Assembly (NCBI GenBank): GCA_030390025.1
Contig: JASTWF010000350.1
Location: forward strand, 248,001-312,000
DNA length: 64,000 nucleotides
Reading direction: 5' to 3'
Source of the DNA: Squalus acanthias
Taxonomy: Eukaryota
The first letter of the stretch is position 1; each line of letters begins with the position of its first letter. Below are positions 35,250-47,730 of the stretch, piece after piece. Made by a program: the position numbers and the translations under genes. Under the pieces are notes generated by a model. It was given only the letters and a program-made list of their open reading frames with translations. It ran no database searches and was not told the origin of the DNA.

Positions 35250-35480
35250 AGTAGAAGTAAAGGGTAGTGGAAATTTGTAACTCTCTCCCCCAAATGGCTG
35301 TGGATGCTGGGACAATCAGGCTGAGAGTGATAGATTTTTGTTAGGTTAGGGTATCAAGGGATATGGAGCAAAGGCTGGTGAATGGAGTTGAGGTACAGAT
35401 CAGCCACGATCTAATTGAATGGCGAACATGCACGATGGATTGAATGGCCTTGTCCTGTTCCTAATATTCCTATGTTCCTG
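35250..35480 (+). mobile_element. CR1 3' tail
   Basis: Similar to 61880-62120. Confidence 0.75.
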
Positions 35481-35764
35481 CAGTGTTGTCATACCATAAC
35501 CCACCTGAGCTTACACCTGGAGTTGTGAATCGTTATGCGAATGAGGTTAGGCTCGAAAATTGAGTGTTATTAGCACTTGAGATTCAGGCAGGTCTTACAG
35601 CAGGCCGAACCAAATTAGAACAGATTTGTACCTGAAGATAAAAATCCTCCCCATCATCCCTGTAATTTTTTACCCTGTTAAAACATACTCGCCATTGCTG
35701 GTGACTTCAGGGGTGTGTGGAGCATGCCCTTTTATTAAAATAAATGAGGAAAAAAAGCAAGTAA

Positions 35765-36130
35765 AACTTGCATTTATATAGCACCTTTCATGACATCCCA
35801 TAGTGTTTTACAGACAAAGTTTTTTGAAGTGTACTCACTGTTGTGATGCAGCAGCCAATTTGCGCACAGCAAGGTCCCACGAACAGCAATGTGCTAGTGA
35901 CCAGATAATCTGTTTTAGTGATGTTGGTTGAGGGACAAATACAGGCCTTCGAATAGTGCCATGAGATCTTTTACATCCACTTGAGAGGGCAGACGGGGAG
36001 TCCATTTAATGTATCATCCGAAAGACGGCACCTCCGACAGTGCAGCACTCCCTCAGTACGGCGCTGGAATGTCAACCTGGATTTTGACCTCATCCTTCTA
36101 ATTTAGAGGCGAAAGTGCGTCACGGCTGAC
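35765..36130 (-). mobile_element. DeuSINE, degraded
   Basis: Collinear with 17780-18232, with deletions. Confidence 0.8.
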
Positions 36131-36163
36131 CCAGCAATTGGTAATCTTTCCTGTCTTGTTAAG

Positions 36164-36239
36164 TGCTCCACAACTGCAACTGAAAACAGAGCAATTCTTC
36201 ATTTTCGAAAGACAGAATAATAGACCTTGTCAAAAACAG
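36164..36239 (+). CDS. Weak candidate exon
   Basis: Pyrimidine tract + TAAG acceptor and CAG|GTGGG donor. Open frame APQLQLKTEQFFIFERQNNRPCQKQ. Confidence 0.2.
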
Positions 36240-37102
36240 GTGGGACACCTTAAATTGGATCCACCACAAATCTACCCTTGAATAAACCACAGTAAACTTT
36301 GTTACAGTACAGCATGAGGAAGATTTAAATATAAGTGTGTGTGTCATTGTTGAGTTAGTCCGCACCTATCTGATGGCTAGCTGCCAGAGTCTCTGTACTC
36401 TGTGCTTTACCGATTGATGCTGTATGTTATTCACACTGCTGTTTGGTTAATGTGTTACAGCTAACCCTTCTTGCAAGAGGACTGGCTGCTGAGTCAGACC
36501 ATTGTTACCATAGTGTCAGCTGGCAGCTTGGGATTCCGCTGCTGCTATCCAAACACAAGTGTTCATTTGTTTATAGAAATCCAGCTGCTTAATAACACTG
36601 GGGCCTTTCTTTTAATAAAAACAGAATATGTTTAAAAAGAAACTCCAGGAAGGCACAGCCCTCAAGGAGCACATTATGAACGTTTCCCTCTATTCCTTTC
36701 GGATTTTTAGTGGAAATTGAAAGTCTGCTCGTTTTTCAAATAAAAAGCAGACAGTTTTTCCAGGTGGTGATGTAGATTGCAAAACTGCTCTTGCACCTCT
36801 GAGACCCAGCTTCAATGGGATAAATAACTCTCCGCTGGCTGCAAGGATCCTATATGAAACCTGTTTGGACAGCCCAAATAATATTTTTAATGGGCACAAG
36901 CACAAAACTGATCATAATTTGACACTAAAGGATGGATGTTCTTTCCTTTTACTCCCATTTACAGACAGTGCAGAGGTGATAAAACTAGTTAATATGGTGC
37001 AGTATAGCTAACCACCTCAATACCACTCCAAAAAGTTGCAGCAAGATGCTCCTCCTGGGAACCTTCCAGTTTGCAGTCCTATTCGCCCGAAATCCCGCCC
37101 CA

Positions 37103-40100
37103 CTGGAATACAAAGTTAGTATCATTAATGGTGACCATGAAATTACCGGATTGACGTAAAAACCCATCTGGTTAACTAATGTCCTTTAGGGAAGGAAACC
37201 TGCCGTCCTTACCCGGTCTGGCCTATATGTGACTCCAGACCCACAGCAATGTGGTTGACTCTTAACTGCTCTCTGAAATGGCCTAGCAAGCCACTCAGTT
37301 GTAACAAACCGCTACAGAAAACAATAATAAGAATAAAACCGGACGGACCACCCGGCATCGACCTCGGCACTGGCTACGGACACGACAAAGGCACACCCAG
37401 CCCAGTCGACCTTGCAAAGTCCTCCTCACTAACAGCTGGGGACTTGTGCCAAAATTGGAGAGCTGTCCCACAGACTAGTCAAGCAACAGCCTGACATAGT
37501 CATACTCACAGAATCATACCTTTCAGCCAATGTCCCAAACTCCTCCATCACCATCCCTGGGTATGTCCTGTCCCACCGGCAGAACAGACCCACCAGGGGT
37601 GGTGGCACAGTGGTATACAGTCGGGAAGGAGTGGCCCTGGGAGTCCTCAACATTGATTCCGGACCCCCTGAAGTCTCATCCTTCAGGTCAAGCATGGGCA
37701 AGGAAACCTCCTGTTGATCACCACCTACCGCCCTCCCTCAGCTGATGAATCAGTACTCCTCCATGTTGAACACCACTTGGAAGAAGCACTGAGAGTAGCA
37801 AGGGCACAGTTTGTACTCTGGGTGGGGGAATTCAATGTCCATCACCAATAGTGGCTCGGTAGCACCACTACTGACCGAGCTGGCCGAGTCCTGAAGGACA
37901 TAACTGCCAGTCTGGGCCTGCGACAGGTGGTGAGAGAACCAACACGAGGGAAAAACCTACTTGATCTCGTCCTCGCCAATCTACCTGTCGCAGATGCATC
38001 TGTCCATGACAGCATTGGTAGCAGTGACCACCGCACAGTCATTGTGGAGACAAAGTCCCGTCTTCACACTGAGGACACCCTCCATCGTGTTGTGTGGCAC
38101 GACCATTGTGCTAAATGGGATAGATTCAGAACAGATCTAGCAGCTCAAAACTGGGCATCCATGAGGCGCTGTGAGCCATCAGCAGCAGCAGAATTGTATT
38201 CCACCACAATCTGTAACCTCATGACCCGGTATATCCCTCACTCTACCATTAACATCCAGCCAGGGGACCAACCCTGGTTCAATGAGGATTGTAGAAGAGC
38301 ATGCCAGGAGCAGCATCAGGCTTACCTAAAAATGAGGTGCCAACCTGGGGAAGCTGTAACACAGGACTACATGCATACTAAACAGCGGAAGAGCTAAGTG
38401 ATCCCACAATCAACGGATCAGATCAAAGCTCTGCAGTCCTGCCACATCCAGTCGCGAATGCTGGTGGACAGTTAAACAACTAACGGGAGAAGGAGGCTCC
38501 TTGAACATCCCCATTCTCAATGAGGGGATTTGAGTCCAGCATGTGAGTGCAAAAGATAAGGCTGAAGCGTTTGCAACCATCTTCAGCCAGAAGTGCCGAG
38601 CGAATGATCCATATCGGCCTACTCCTGAGGTCCCAACCATCACAGAAGCCAGTCTTCAGCCAATTCGATTCACTCCACATGATATCAAGAAACGGCTGAA
38701 CACACTGGATACAGCAAAGGCTATGGGCCCCGACAACAGCCCAGCTATCGTGCTGAAGACTTGTGCTCCAGAACTAGCCGCGCCTCTAGCCAAGCTGTTC
38801 CAGTACAGCTACAACACTGGCTTCTACCTGACAAAGTGGAAAACTGCCCAGGTATGTCCTGTCCACAAAATGCAGGACAAATCCAACCCGGCCAATTAGC
38901 GCCCCATCAGTCTACTCTCAATGATCAGCAAAGTGTTGGAAGGTGTCGTCGACAGTGCTATCAAGCGGTACTTACCAACCAATAACCTGCTCACTGATGC
39001 TCAGTTTGGGTTCCGCCAAGACCACTAGGCTCCAGACCTGATTACAGCCTTGGTCCAAACATGGACAAAAGAGCTGAATTCCAGAGGTGAGGTGAGAGTG
39101 ACTGCCCTTGACATCAAGGCAGTGTGGCATCAAGGAGCCCTAGTAAAATTGAAGTCAATGGCAATCAGGGGGAAAACTCTCCACTGTCTGGAGTCATATC
39201 TAGCACAAAGGAAGATGGTTGTGGTTGTTGGAGGACAATCATCACAACCCCAGAACATCACTGCAGGAGTTCCTCAGGGCAGTGTCCTAGGCCCAACCAT
39301 CTTCAGCAGCTTCATCAATGGCATTCCCTCCAACATAATGTCAGACTTGGGGATGTTCGCTGATGATTGCACAGTGTTCAGTTCCATTCGCAACTCCTCA
39401 GATAATGAAGCAGTCCATGCCCGTATGCAGCAAGACCTGGATGACATTGAGGGATGGGCTGATAAATGGCAAGTAACATTCGTGCCACACAAGTGCCAGG
39501 AAATGACTATCTCCAACAAGAGAGAGTCTAACCACTGCCCCATTACTTTCAATGGCATTACCATCGCCGAATCCCTCACCATCAACATCCTGGGGGTCAC
39601 CATTGACCAGAAACTTAACTGGACCAGCCACATAAATACTGTAGCAACAAGAGCAGGTCAGAGGATAGGTATTCTGTGGCGAGTGTCTCACCTCCTGACT
39701 CCCCAAAGCCTTTCCACCATCTACAATGCACAAGTAAGGAGTGCGATGGAATACTCTCCACTTGCCTAGATGAGTGCAGCTCCAACAACACTCAAGTAGC
39801 TCGACGCCATCCAGTACAAAGCAGCCTGCTTGATTGGCACCCCATCCACCACCTTAAACATTCACTCCCTCCACCACCGGCGTACTGTGGCTGCAGTGTG
39901 TACCATCTACAAGATGCACTGCAGCAACTCGCCAAGGCTTCTTCGGCAGCAGCTCCCAAACCCACGACCTCTTCCACCTAGAAGGACAAGGGCAGCAGGC
40001 GCTTGGGAACACCACCACCTCCAAGTTCCCCTCCAAGTCACACACCATCCTGACTTGGAAGTATATCGCCGATCTTTCATCGTCGCTGGGTCAAAATCCT

Positions 40101-40262
40101 GGAACTCCCTCCCTAACAGCACTGTGGGAGCACCTTCACCACACGGACTGCAGCGGTTCAAGAAGGCGGCTCACCACCGGCTTCTCAACGGCAATTAGGG
40201 ATGGGCAATAAATGCTGGCCTTGCCAGCAATGTCCACATCCCATGAACGAATTTTAAAAATT
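37103..40262 (+). mobile_element. Near full-length CR1-group LINE (APE endonuclease + RT), no recognisable ORF1, multiple stops and frameshifts
   Basis: EN motifs (QPDIVILTESYL, LDLVL, SDH) and RT motifs (GVPQGSVLGP, MFADD). 3' tail GGGCAATAAATGCTGGCC...CCCATGAACGAA. Confidence 0.9.
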
Positions 40263-40542
40263 TTCATTAAAGTTGCGATACAGCAGCAGAGCACTGCTCC
40301 CGAGGTGGGTACTGCATGGTGGGGGCCATTTTTGATTTCCTGACTGAAGCTTGCAGAAACATTTGCCACCTTGCGATTTCTTGGTTGGTTCTTGTTCTGG
40401 AACTTCTTTGATGACTTCTACTGACAGCTTTGTGAAATCTTGTGAAGGGAAATTTCTCGAATGGGGGGGAATGCATTTCCCAAGGCAATCTCCCTAATCC
40501 TCTGCTACAAAGAGGAGCAGGATGAGGGTATAGAAGAGGCAG

Positions 40543-40710
40543 GGGGTAATTTTAACCTAACCCGCCCACTTGGAACGCGGCAGGTTTGACACCCCGCTCG
40601 ATTTTACTTTCCATTGACTTCAGTAGAGTGTACGATCGGGCAAGGTGTAAAACGGGCATCTGCCCCGATCTCACCCGTTCCCACTGTGCAGGTTAGGTTC
40701 AAATTAACCC
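40543..40710. mobile_element. Short MITE (about 168 bp)
   Basis: TIR GGGGTAATTTTAACCTAACC / GGTTAGGTTCAAATTAACCC. Confidence 0.75.
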
Positions 40711-40719
40711 TCTTAGAGT

Positions 40720-41220
40720 GAGGGTTCACAGAGATATTTGTTTACAGCACATAGATACCCACTCCACAGGATTTACAGAGTTAGAAGATCTTATTTAGAT
40801 TTCTCCGCCCATCAATGCCTCAGGAAGCTGCCCATCTGCCCTGGATGTTAGGGGAGCTATGCCAACTGCTTCTGCCAGGAGAAGCACTGTCTATATCAGT
40901 GAAAGTGACCACTGCCTTGCACTTTTGTTTGCCACTGGGTCCTTCCAGGCAGTCTTCGGTGACCTTTGGGATATTGGCCAGGTAGCAGCACACCATTGCC
41001 TTACAATTCATTACCTTCTCTATAGAACCTGCAAAACAGAGATCAAGTTGTGCAAATCTGTAGGGTTTCCACAGCTCCAAGGAGCAATTAATGGAACTCA
41101 TGTGGCATTGAAAGCCCCATACAACAACCCCCTCAATGTCATTAATAGGGAAGACTTTCATTCAGTGAATGTCCAACTAGTTTGTGATGTCAGTCACCTT
41201 ATCATGCATATTAATACCTT
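40720..41220 (+). pseudogene. Harbinger transposase remnant
   Basis: LFATGSFQ, GFPQLQGAINGTHVALKAP and NREDFHSVNVQLVCD. Confidence 0.85.
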
Positions 41221-42268
41221 CAAAGTCAGAGGTGACTCATCTCAGTGCAGCTGCTGTCCCTGAGGGACCAGCTTCTAGATTGCCATTCACTTGTATTGTA
41301 AAGTGGAGCTGAGCCCAGGTCTGAAGCTCCCTTCGGTGCTGTCATCGGAAGGGGCCTTAAAACAGTAGGTGCATTGAGAGGCAGCAACATCTGCTACCAC
41401 TGCCTGTAGCCCACTGGTGCGGGGCATAGGCTCAGATGTACTACTGGTCGCTATCATTACAGATTGATAGTCACAATCAAGTTTTGGAAGGTCTGTGAAA
41501 GTGTGTTTAGAGTGACCCTCAAAGAATCTATTGGAGCAGTGATAGCTGCCACACCAGAAGCCAATAATGCTCCTCCTGATGACTTGTTTCAGGAATCCCA
41601 TGGACTGTCACTCTCTCCACGGTGTTCTGACAGCCGTGAGAAACTGCTTGCAATGTGTTGCAGATACACGTAGAGGACTCCTCCCACTTCTCTATCAGCA
41701 GAATCATATGCAGGAAAGCAATCTCCATTGCCTGCACATAAAATAAGTACTCCTGAATCATTCTTCTTTTGAAGACTGGGCCCCTGAGATCTGGCTTCTT
41801 AGCTGAGGGTGGTCAATTCTCTACCCCTCATCCACTCCCAGGTTCTTTTGCTTACTGTGCATGCTGCTTCGCCCAGTGAAAACCCTTCTGACTCAGTAAC
41901 TATTTCTGCCCGAGTGGGCGTATCTGGGCTGGTGCTTGGGCAGGTTAGGTGCCATGACAGAGTTGATGAGGATGGGCTGTTGATCTTGTGCCCACTTGTT
42001 CATCTGAGTGGATGGCCTCTTCTTCCAAGTCACCCGCTAAGATTTTAAAAACACAGAAACTTATTTAGCTGTGTCAGCACTTACATGACTCCTTGAAGAA
42101 ATAGCAGCTGAGTCCATGGCTACTGCCATAGTTTGACAATCCACATGAAACTGAAACAATCTGAGCTCCCCCTTGCTCTGCCTTTATCAACTTGATCTTG
42201 GCGCCTCGCTTCCTGATCCCCCGTTTCCTGCAGCCTCTCCTGCTCATCTTTCTACTAGCTGATTTAAT

Positions 42269-42446
42269 GGCCCTGAATTTCCGCAGGGGTTGACCCGATC
42301 TCCGTCCATAACTTTAGTGGGAGATCGGCAGAGCTTCCGAAGAAGCAGCTTTTTTCAGCAGCTTATGTTGTTTTTCCAGGGTTCCTCCAATCTCCCGCAA
42401 AACTTGCAGCAGGAGATCAGGAGAACTACCATAGAAATTCGGGGCC
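42269..42446. mobile_element. Harbinger-type MITE (178 bp)
   Basis: TIR GGCCCTGAATTTC / GAAATTCGGGGCC with TSD AAT/AAT. Confidence 0.85.
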
Positions 42447-43204
42447 AATGTTTTCAAGGTTGATGATTCTCCTTCAGTAGCAGTTCTTTGGCACTACTTA
42501 TGTGCTATTGTTTATCCTTTGAAATGAGAGAACGCAGAGTTAAAGTAATGTGACTAGGAAGGATAATTCTTATCACCCATATGTGTGCTTGCATACCATT
42601 GTTATCACACTTGCAGGCATAAACTCAAGACCAGCATAACCCCTTCTGACAGACAATAACATGGTGGATTATTGTTTCCAGAGGTTCCCTGTGAATAGGT
42701 CACCCAGGTAATGGGAGCAAGAGGCCGTAGAGGTAAGGAGGTGAGTCATGCCACTATCATTCCAATTCTTATGGGACTTCCTGATCATTGTCCCAGGAAA
42801 CCTTCTCTTCTGTACCTTATTTCTGCTAGAAGGACTGAAGCATCAGTAAATCTGAGAGCTCATCTTGCTGCTGATCCCACTGTCCCCGATGTTGCTCCTT
42901 CCACACTCATTCCCGCACTGTTCTCCTACTCCCTGCCGAGAAAGCATGTGTGTTTTACATGACGCACCACCACTCAATTTCACTCCACGAGTGGCAGTAA
43001 ACCAATAGGCAGTACTTTTTCCACTGCCATTCTACCTAGCATAAATAATATGGGCCAGTCCAGGAAACCAGTGGGTTAAAGCCAGATTCACATGGGCGGG
43101 CACAAGTCCCACCCTGCTACCAATCCATCAAAGGGAGGAGAATGCAGCCCTGAAACTTCGCCGTCTCACTCTGGCCATAAAAATGGCCAATTTAAGAAAT
43201 GGAC

Positions 43205-44050
43205 ACGTCACACAGGAATGAGGAATGAGAGCTTATAGTTATGAAGAACGCTTGAAAAATTGTGTGCATTATTCACCAGAACAGAAAAAGAAGGTCTTGC
43301 ATTTATATCGTGCCATTCACAACCTCAGGACATCCCAAAGCGCTTTACAGCCAATGAAGTTCTTTTGAAGTGAAATCACTGTTGTAATGTAGGAAATTTG
43401 GCAGCCAATTTGTACACAGCAAGATCCCTCAAACAGCAATGAGCTGGTGACCAGATGCTCAGTTATACTAGTGTTGGTTAAGAAGGCTAAGGTAGAATAC
43501 AGTAGAGACTTTTAAAATTCTAAAGGGTTTTTTAGAGGATAAGCAGTGAAAGCTTGTTCCCACTGGTTGGCCAATCGATAGGAAGGGCGCATAGACTCAG
43601 AATTATCTTGAAGAATGAAGGGGGAAGTCAGAAGAAATTATTTTACACAAAAATTATTAGAACATGTCAGCCTAGAAATTCGTCTTGGGCGGTGGCGCAA
43701 AACGGGCAGTATCGGATCGGCTGCCCGTTATACGCAACGTCTGATATTCAGTTGCATTGACAGATTTAAGGTGATTGGCAAAAGAACCAGAGGCGACATG
43801 AGAGAAAAACCTTTTTACGCAACGAGTGGTTAGGATCAGGAATGCACTATCTGATAGGGGGGTGGATACTGATTCAATAGTCATCTTCAAAATGGAATTG
43901 GATAAATACTTGAAGGAGAAAAAGTTGCAGGGATATGGGGAAAGAGCGCCAGGGAGTGGGACTAACTGGATTGCGCTTTGAAAGAGCCAGCGCAGACTCG
44001 ATAGGTCGAATGGCCTCCTCCTGTGCTGTACTATTCTATGATTCTATGAT
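43205..44050 (+). mobile_element. Composite of CR1 3' fragments with a nested DeuSINE piece (about 43285-43480, -)
   Basis: SYEERL...FPLVG remnants and a (ATTCTATG)n tail at about 44030-44050. Confidence 0.7.
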
Positions 44051-44359
44051 TAAAACTCTGCTCCCTTGGCTTTGTGATGTTGTTTCTGAGAGCAGGGACC
44101 AACAGAGTAGGGAGTGTCTGCCTGTTGGAGATTGGTGCTTTATTTAAATATTCACAGGGTCAGGACATCCTGAACAGCATTTTCCAACATTAGGGCACGC
44201 TGATTGTTGGTTCTAAAGAATGCCCCATGAACTGGGGCTTCCACCATTACTGGGAAATCAGCTGTTGATTAATGGGCATGGGTAAGTACATCAAATTTGC
44301 AAGCTTTCAGTCACTTTTTTGACCAATTTTGCTAATTTTTTTGTGTTTTATTTATCTAA

Positions 44360-44913
44360 AAAGAAAGAAAGACTTGTATTTCTGTAGCATCTTTCACAGG
44401 ACGTCCCAAAGCGCTTTACAGCCAATAAAATACTTTTGAAGTGTAGTCACTGTTGCAATGTAGGAAACGCGGCAGCTAATTTGTGCACAGCAAGCTCCCA
44501 CAAACAGCAATGTGTTAATGACCAGATCATCTGTTTTAGTGATGTTGGTTGAGGGATAAATATTGGCCAGGACACCGGGGAGAACTCCCCTGTTCTTCTT
44601 CGAAATAGCGCCATGGGATCTTTTACATACATGCAGAAGAGCAGACAGGGCCTCGGTTTAAGTACTTAATTGGCTGTAAAGTGCTTTGGGACATCCGGTG
44701 GTCATGAAAGGCACTATATAAATGCAAGTCTTTCTTTCTTCTTTCTTTCTAACATCTCAACTGAAAGACAGCACTTCCGACAGTACAGCACTCCCTCAGT
44801 ACTGCACTGGAGTGTCAGCTTAGATTTTTGTGCTCAAATCTTTGGAGTGGGACTTAAACCCACAACCTTCTGACTCACGGACAAGAGTGCTACCCACTGA
44901 GCCACAACTGACA
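44360..44913 (-). mobile_element. DeuSINE, full length, with an antisense 3' fragment of the same family inserted (about 44661-44750)
   Basis: The consensus GGTTTAACATCTC is interrupted, and the insert ends in (CTTT)n. Confidence 0.88.
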
Positions 44914-45109
44914 CTTTGCTGGAATTTAGGTTGTCATGAGTCAATTGTGTCAATTGTCCTGTTCCTTTTGCCTCAGGCATTATCATGGGCACCATGGGTT
45001 TCCCAATGGAATCCTCCATTTAATGTATCATTGATGTACACAGTGAACTGAAGCTATTTACATTATCACAAACAAAGTTTCCCCGACCCTCTCTATGAGA
45101 CAATACAGC

Positions 45110-45507
45110 TTTGTCATTTATATAGTGCCTTTCATATCCTCAGGTCATCACAAAGTGCTTCACAGCCAATGACGCACATTTGAAGTGTAGTCACTGTTGC
45201 AATGTAGGCAAACAGCAGCAATATACAAGGTCCCACAAGCAGAAATAAGATAAATAACCAGATAATCTGTTTTAGTGGTGTTGGTTGAGGGATAAATGTT
45301 TTCCGGGACAACAGGAGAACTCCCCTCTTACTCTGAATAGTGCAATGACATCATTTACGTCCATCCGTGAGGGCAGACGGGACCTCGGTTTAACGTCTCA
45401 TCCGAAAGATGCATCAACTGAGATTATGTGCTCAAGTCTCCGGAGTAAGGCTTGAACTTATGAACTGACTCAGAGGCAAGAGTGCTACTACTGAGCCAAG
45501 GTTGACA
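45110..45507 (-). mobile_element. DeuSINE, diverged copy
   Basis: Head, core and tail are recognisable. Confidence 0.8.
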
Positions 45508-45699
45508 TTTTGTTCTTTGAATGACCTACGCACAGGGTACAAGTACAGGAAGATAAGATGTTTAGAATGGAGCAGATTTTACACAAGAGCAAAACCACAG
45601 CAGAAATTATTTGACTTATTTCTGAAACCTTCAAAAGAAAACATGGACCACATGCTACGCTTTTGAAATCTGGCTCTCATACCCAGCTTGTTGACATAT

Positions 45700-45940
45700 G
45701 AGGAAAACATTTTTCACGGAGCGAGTTGTGATCTGGAATGCTCTGCCTGAAAGGGCGGTGGAAGCAGATTCAGTAGTAACTTTCAAAAGGGAATTGGATA
45801 AATAATTGAAGGGGAAACATTTGCAGGGTTATGGGGAAAGAGCAGGGGAGTGGGACTAATTGGATAGCTCTTTTTTTAAGAGCAGGCACAATCACATTGG
45901 GCCAAATGGTCTCCTTCTGTGCTGTATCATTCTATGATTC
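45700..45940 (+). mobile_element. CR1 3' tail
   Basis: Similar to 43800-44050. Confidence 0.8.
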
Positions 45941-46449
45941 CCTTGCATCACTCCAAGGCATGGCCTAGGATTGTGGCTATCTGCTGGTGACATGTCTCTT
46001 TTTCTATTCTAGGTTGTCAAACTAGAAGTTTGCTAGTGTATACAGCAGTTCTAATTGAGTTTCATGTTATTGTGTTTTTAAAATTCACAATGTATTGAAG
46101 ATATCTACCCTTACACCAAACCTTTGATGTCTTTATTAATAAATGAACACCTATATTTTTCTACAATGCAGGCTATAGAGTATTGTGCACTCATGGCTGC
46201 TGTTGGACAGCAGAAGGCTACACCACAGATGTTGACATTATACATTGTTCTTTAGAAACAAGCACATCAGGCTAGTTCGAAAGATTATAGCACATGCTGT
46301 TACTGTATGATGTGGAAACAACTTGTTGCATCATGAACAGTATCATTACTAATTCCTGAGGTGGGAAGAGGGGATTGTCATGCATGGTGGTAAGGCTTAT
46401 TTGTTACTTGATATCTGCATGTTTACAGCTAATCCAAAAGAGTTTTAAT

Positions 46450-47246
46450 GGGCCGGATTTTGTGGTAGCAGAGCATCTAATGGCGTCTGCCGTTAGTTAG
46501 ACTTGCCCCTGCTCCCTTCAGCTCAAAAATGTTTTGCTCACAAAGTTGGTGAAAGTGCGAGCTGATAACGGTGCAGCGAGGGAAACAGGGCATCTGGGAC
46601 CTGAGTGAACAGGGCAACCAACAGGCTATCTCCTTACCCAATGGGATTTAAGGATTGGGAAATAAACAGCAGAAGGCCTGAGAAGGAGGGTGAATTAGAG
46701 TGGGTGAATTCAATATCAAATCAGGTACAGAAAGAGAAATAAAGAGAGGAAAAGAAAGATTGGATTAAGAGAGAGAGGAAAAAATACAGAAAGGAAAAGT
46801 AAGGGAAAAATATTAAGTTTAAAATCTGACATTTTTAAATCTCCCCGAATAATTCAAAACCTGAAGGAATGAGACTCCACAGTTGTATTGGTTAATTTTC
46901 AGTGCCAGAGAGGTTGATTGGCAGTAATGAACAATTATCACATCGTTAAAAGGGTACTTATCCTACTAATTACGCTACTAATTACTAGCCCTAAATATCT
47001 GCGGCAGGTTTAATTTGTATCTACTGCGCAAATACAGTAACTTCACGACATTCAATGCATGTCAATCGTGAGGCAGACAGCGAAATGCCATTCTCGCGAA
47101 GCTAACGGCGCAACTCAAACAGCAACTTTTGGAAATTCGCATTCAACCGCGCAGTTGCTCCCAGTCTGAAGTTGTTGTACCATTTGCTCATAAACAACAG
47201 TGAGTGCCATTAGCCTCACCGTTATTTTGACAGCAAAATCTGGACC
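46450..47246. mobile_element. Harbinger-type MITE (about 800 bp)
   Basis: TIR GGGCCGGATTTTG / CAAAATCTGGACC. Flanks are AAT / ATT. Confidence 0.7.
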
Positions 47247-47730
47247 ATTGTCTTTTGATTCTTGGTTGGTGCTGAGTTAAATGATCTCAGTTGGGATAAT
47301 GATGGGGATGGCATCAGTGCCACTGGATGCTGGTGGGGAAAATCAGCCAGGGTTCCTGCTCTTGATCACTATCCACTGACCACTGCTGAAAAACGCCTGT
47401 GTGTAGCTGTTGGAATAAGAACAAGATGATGCGTAGTTGTCATGCCTCCTGTATTCAAATAACCTTCTGAAATTTAGGAATCAATTTTCCTGTTCTACCC
47501 TGAGTCTTGGATATTCTTCATTCGATGCTTTGCTCCATCAGACCCTCTTATTCGGGAGAGTCGCAGGCACAAGGCCCACTGCTAGCTTCTTTGGGCACCC
47601 CCTGCACCTGTGACCTCTGATTATAGAAAGAGGAAAGAGACACAGGAGGGCCATGAAAGTACCATCCTGCCTCATATGCAAGGGAGCACTCTTAACTGCA
47701 CAAGCCTCAGCACACAATTTTTTTGGATGG

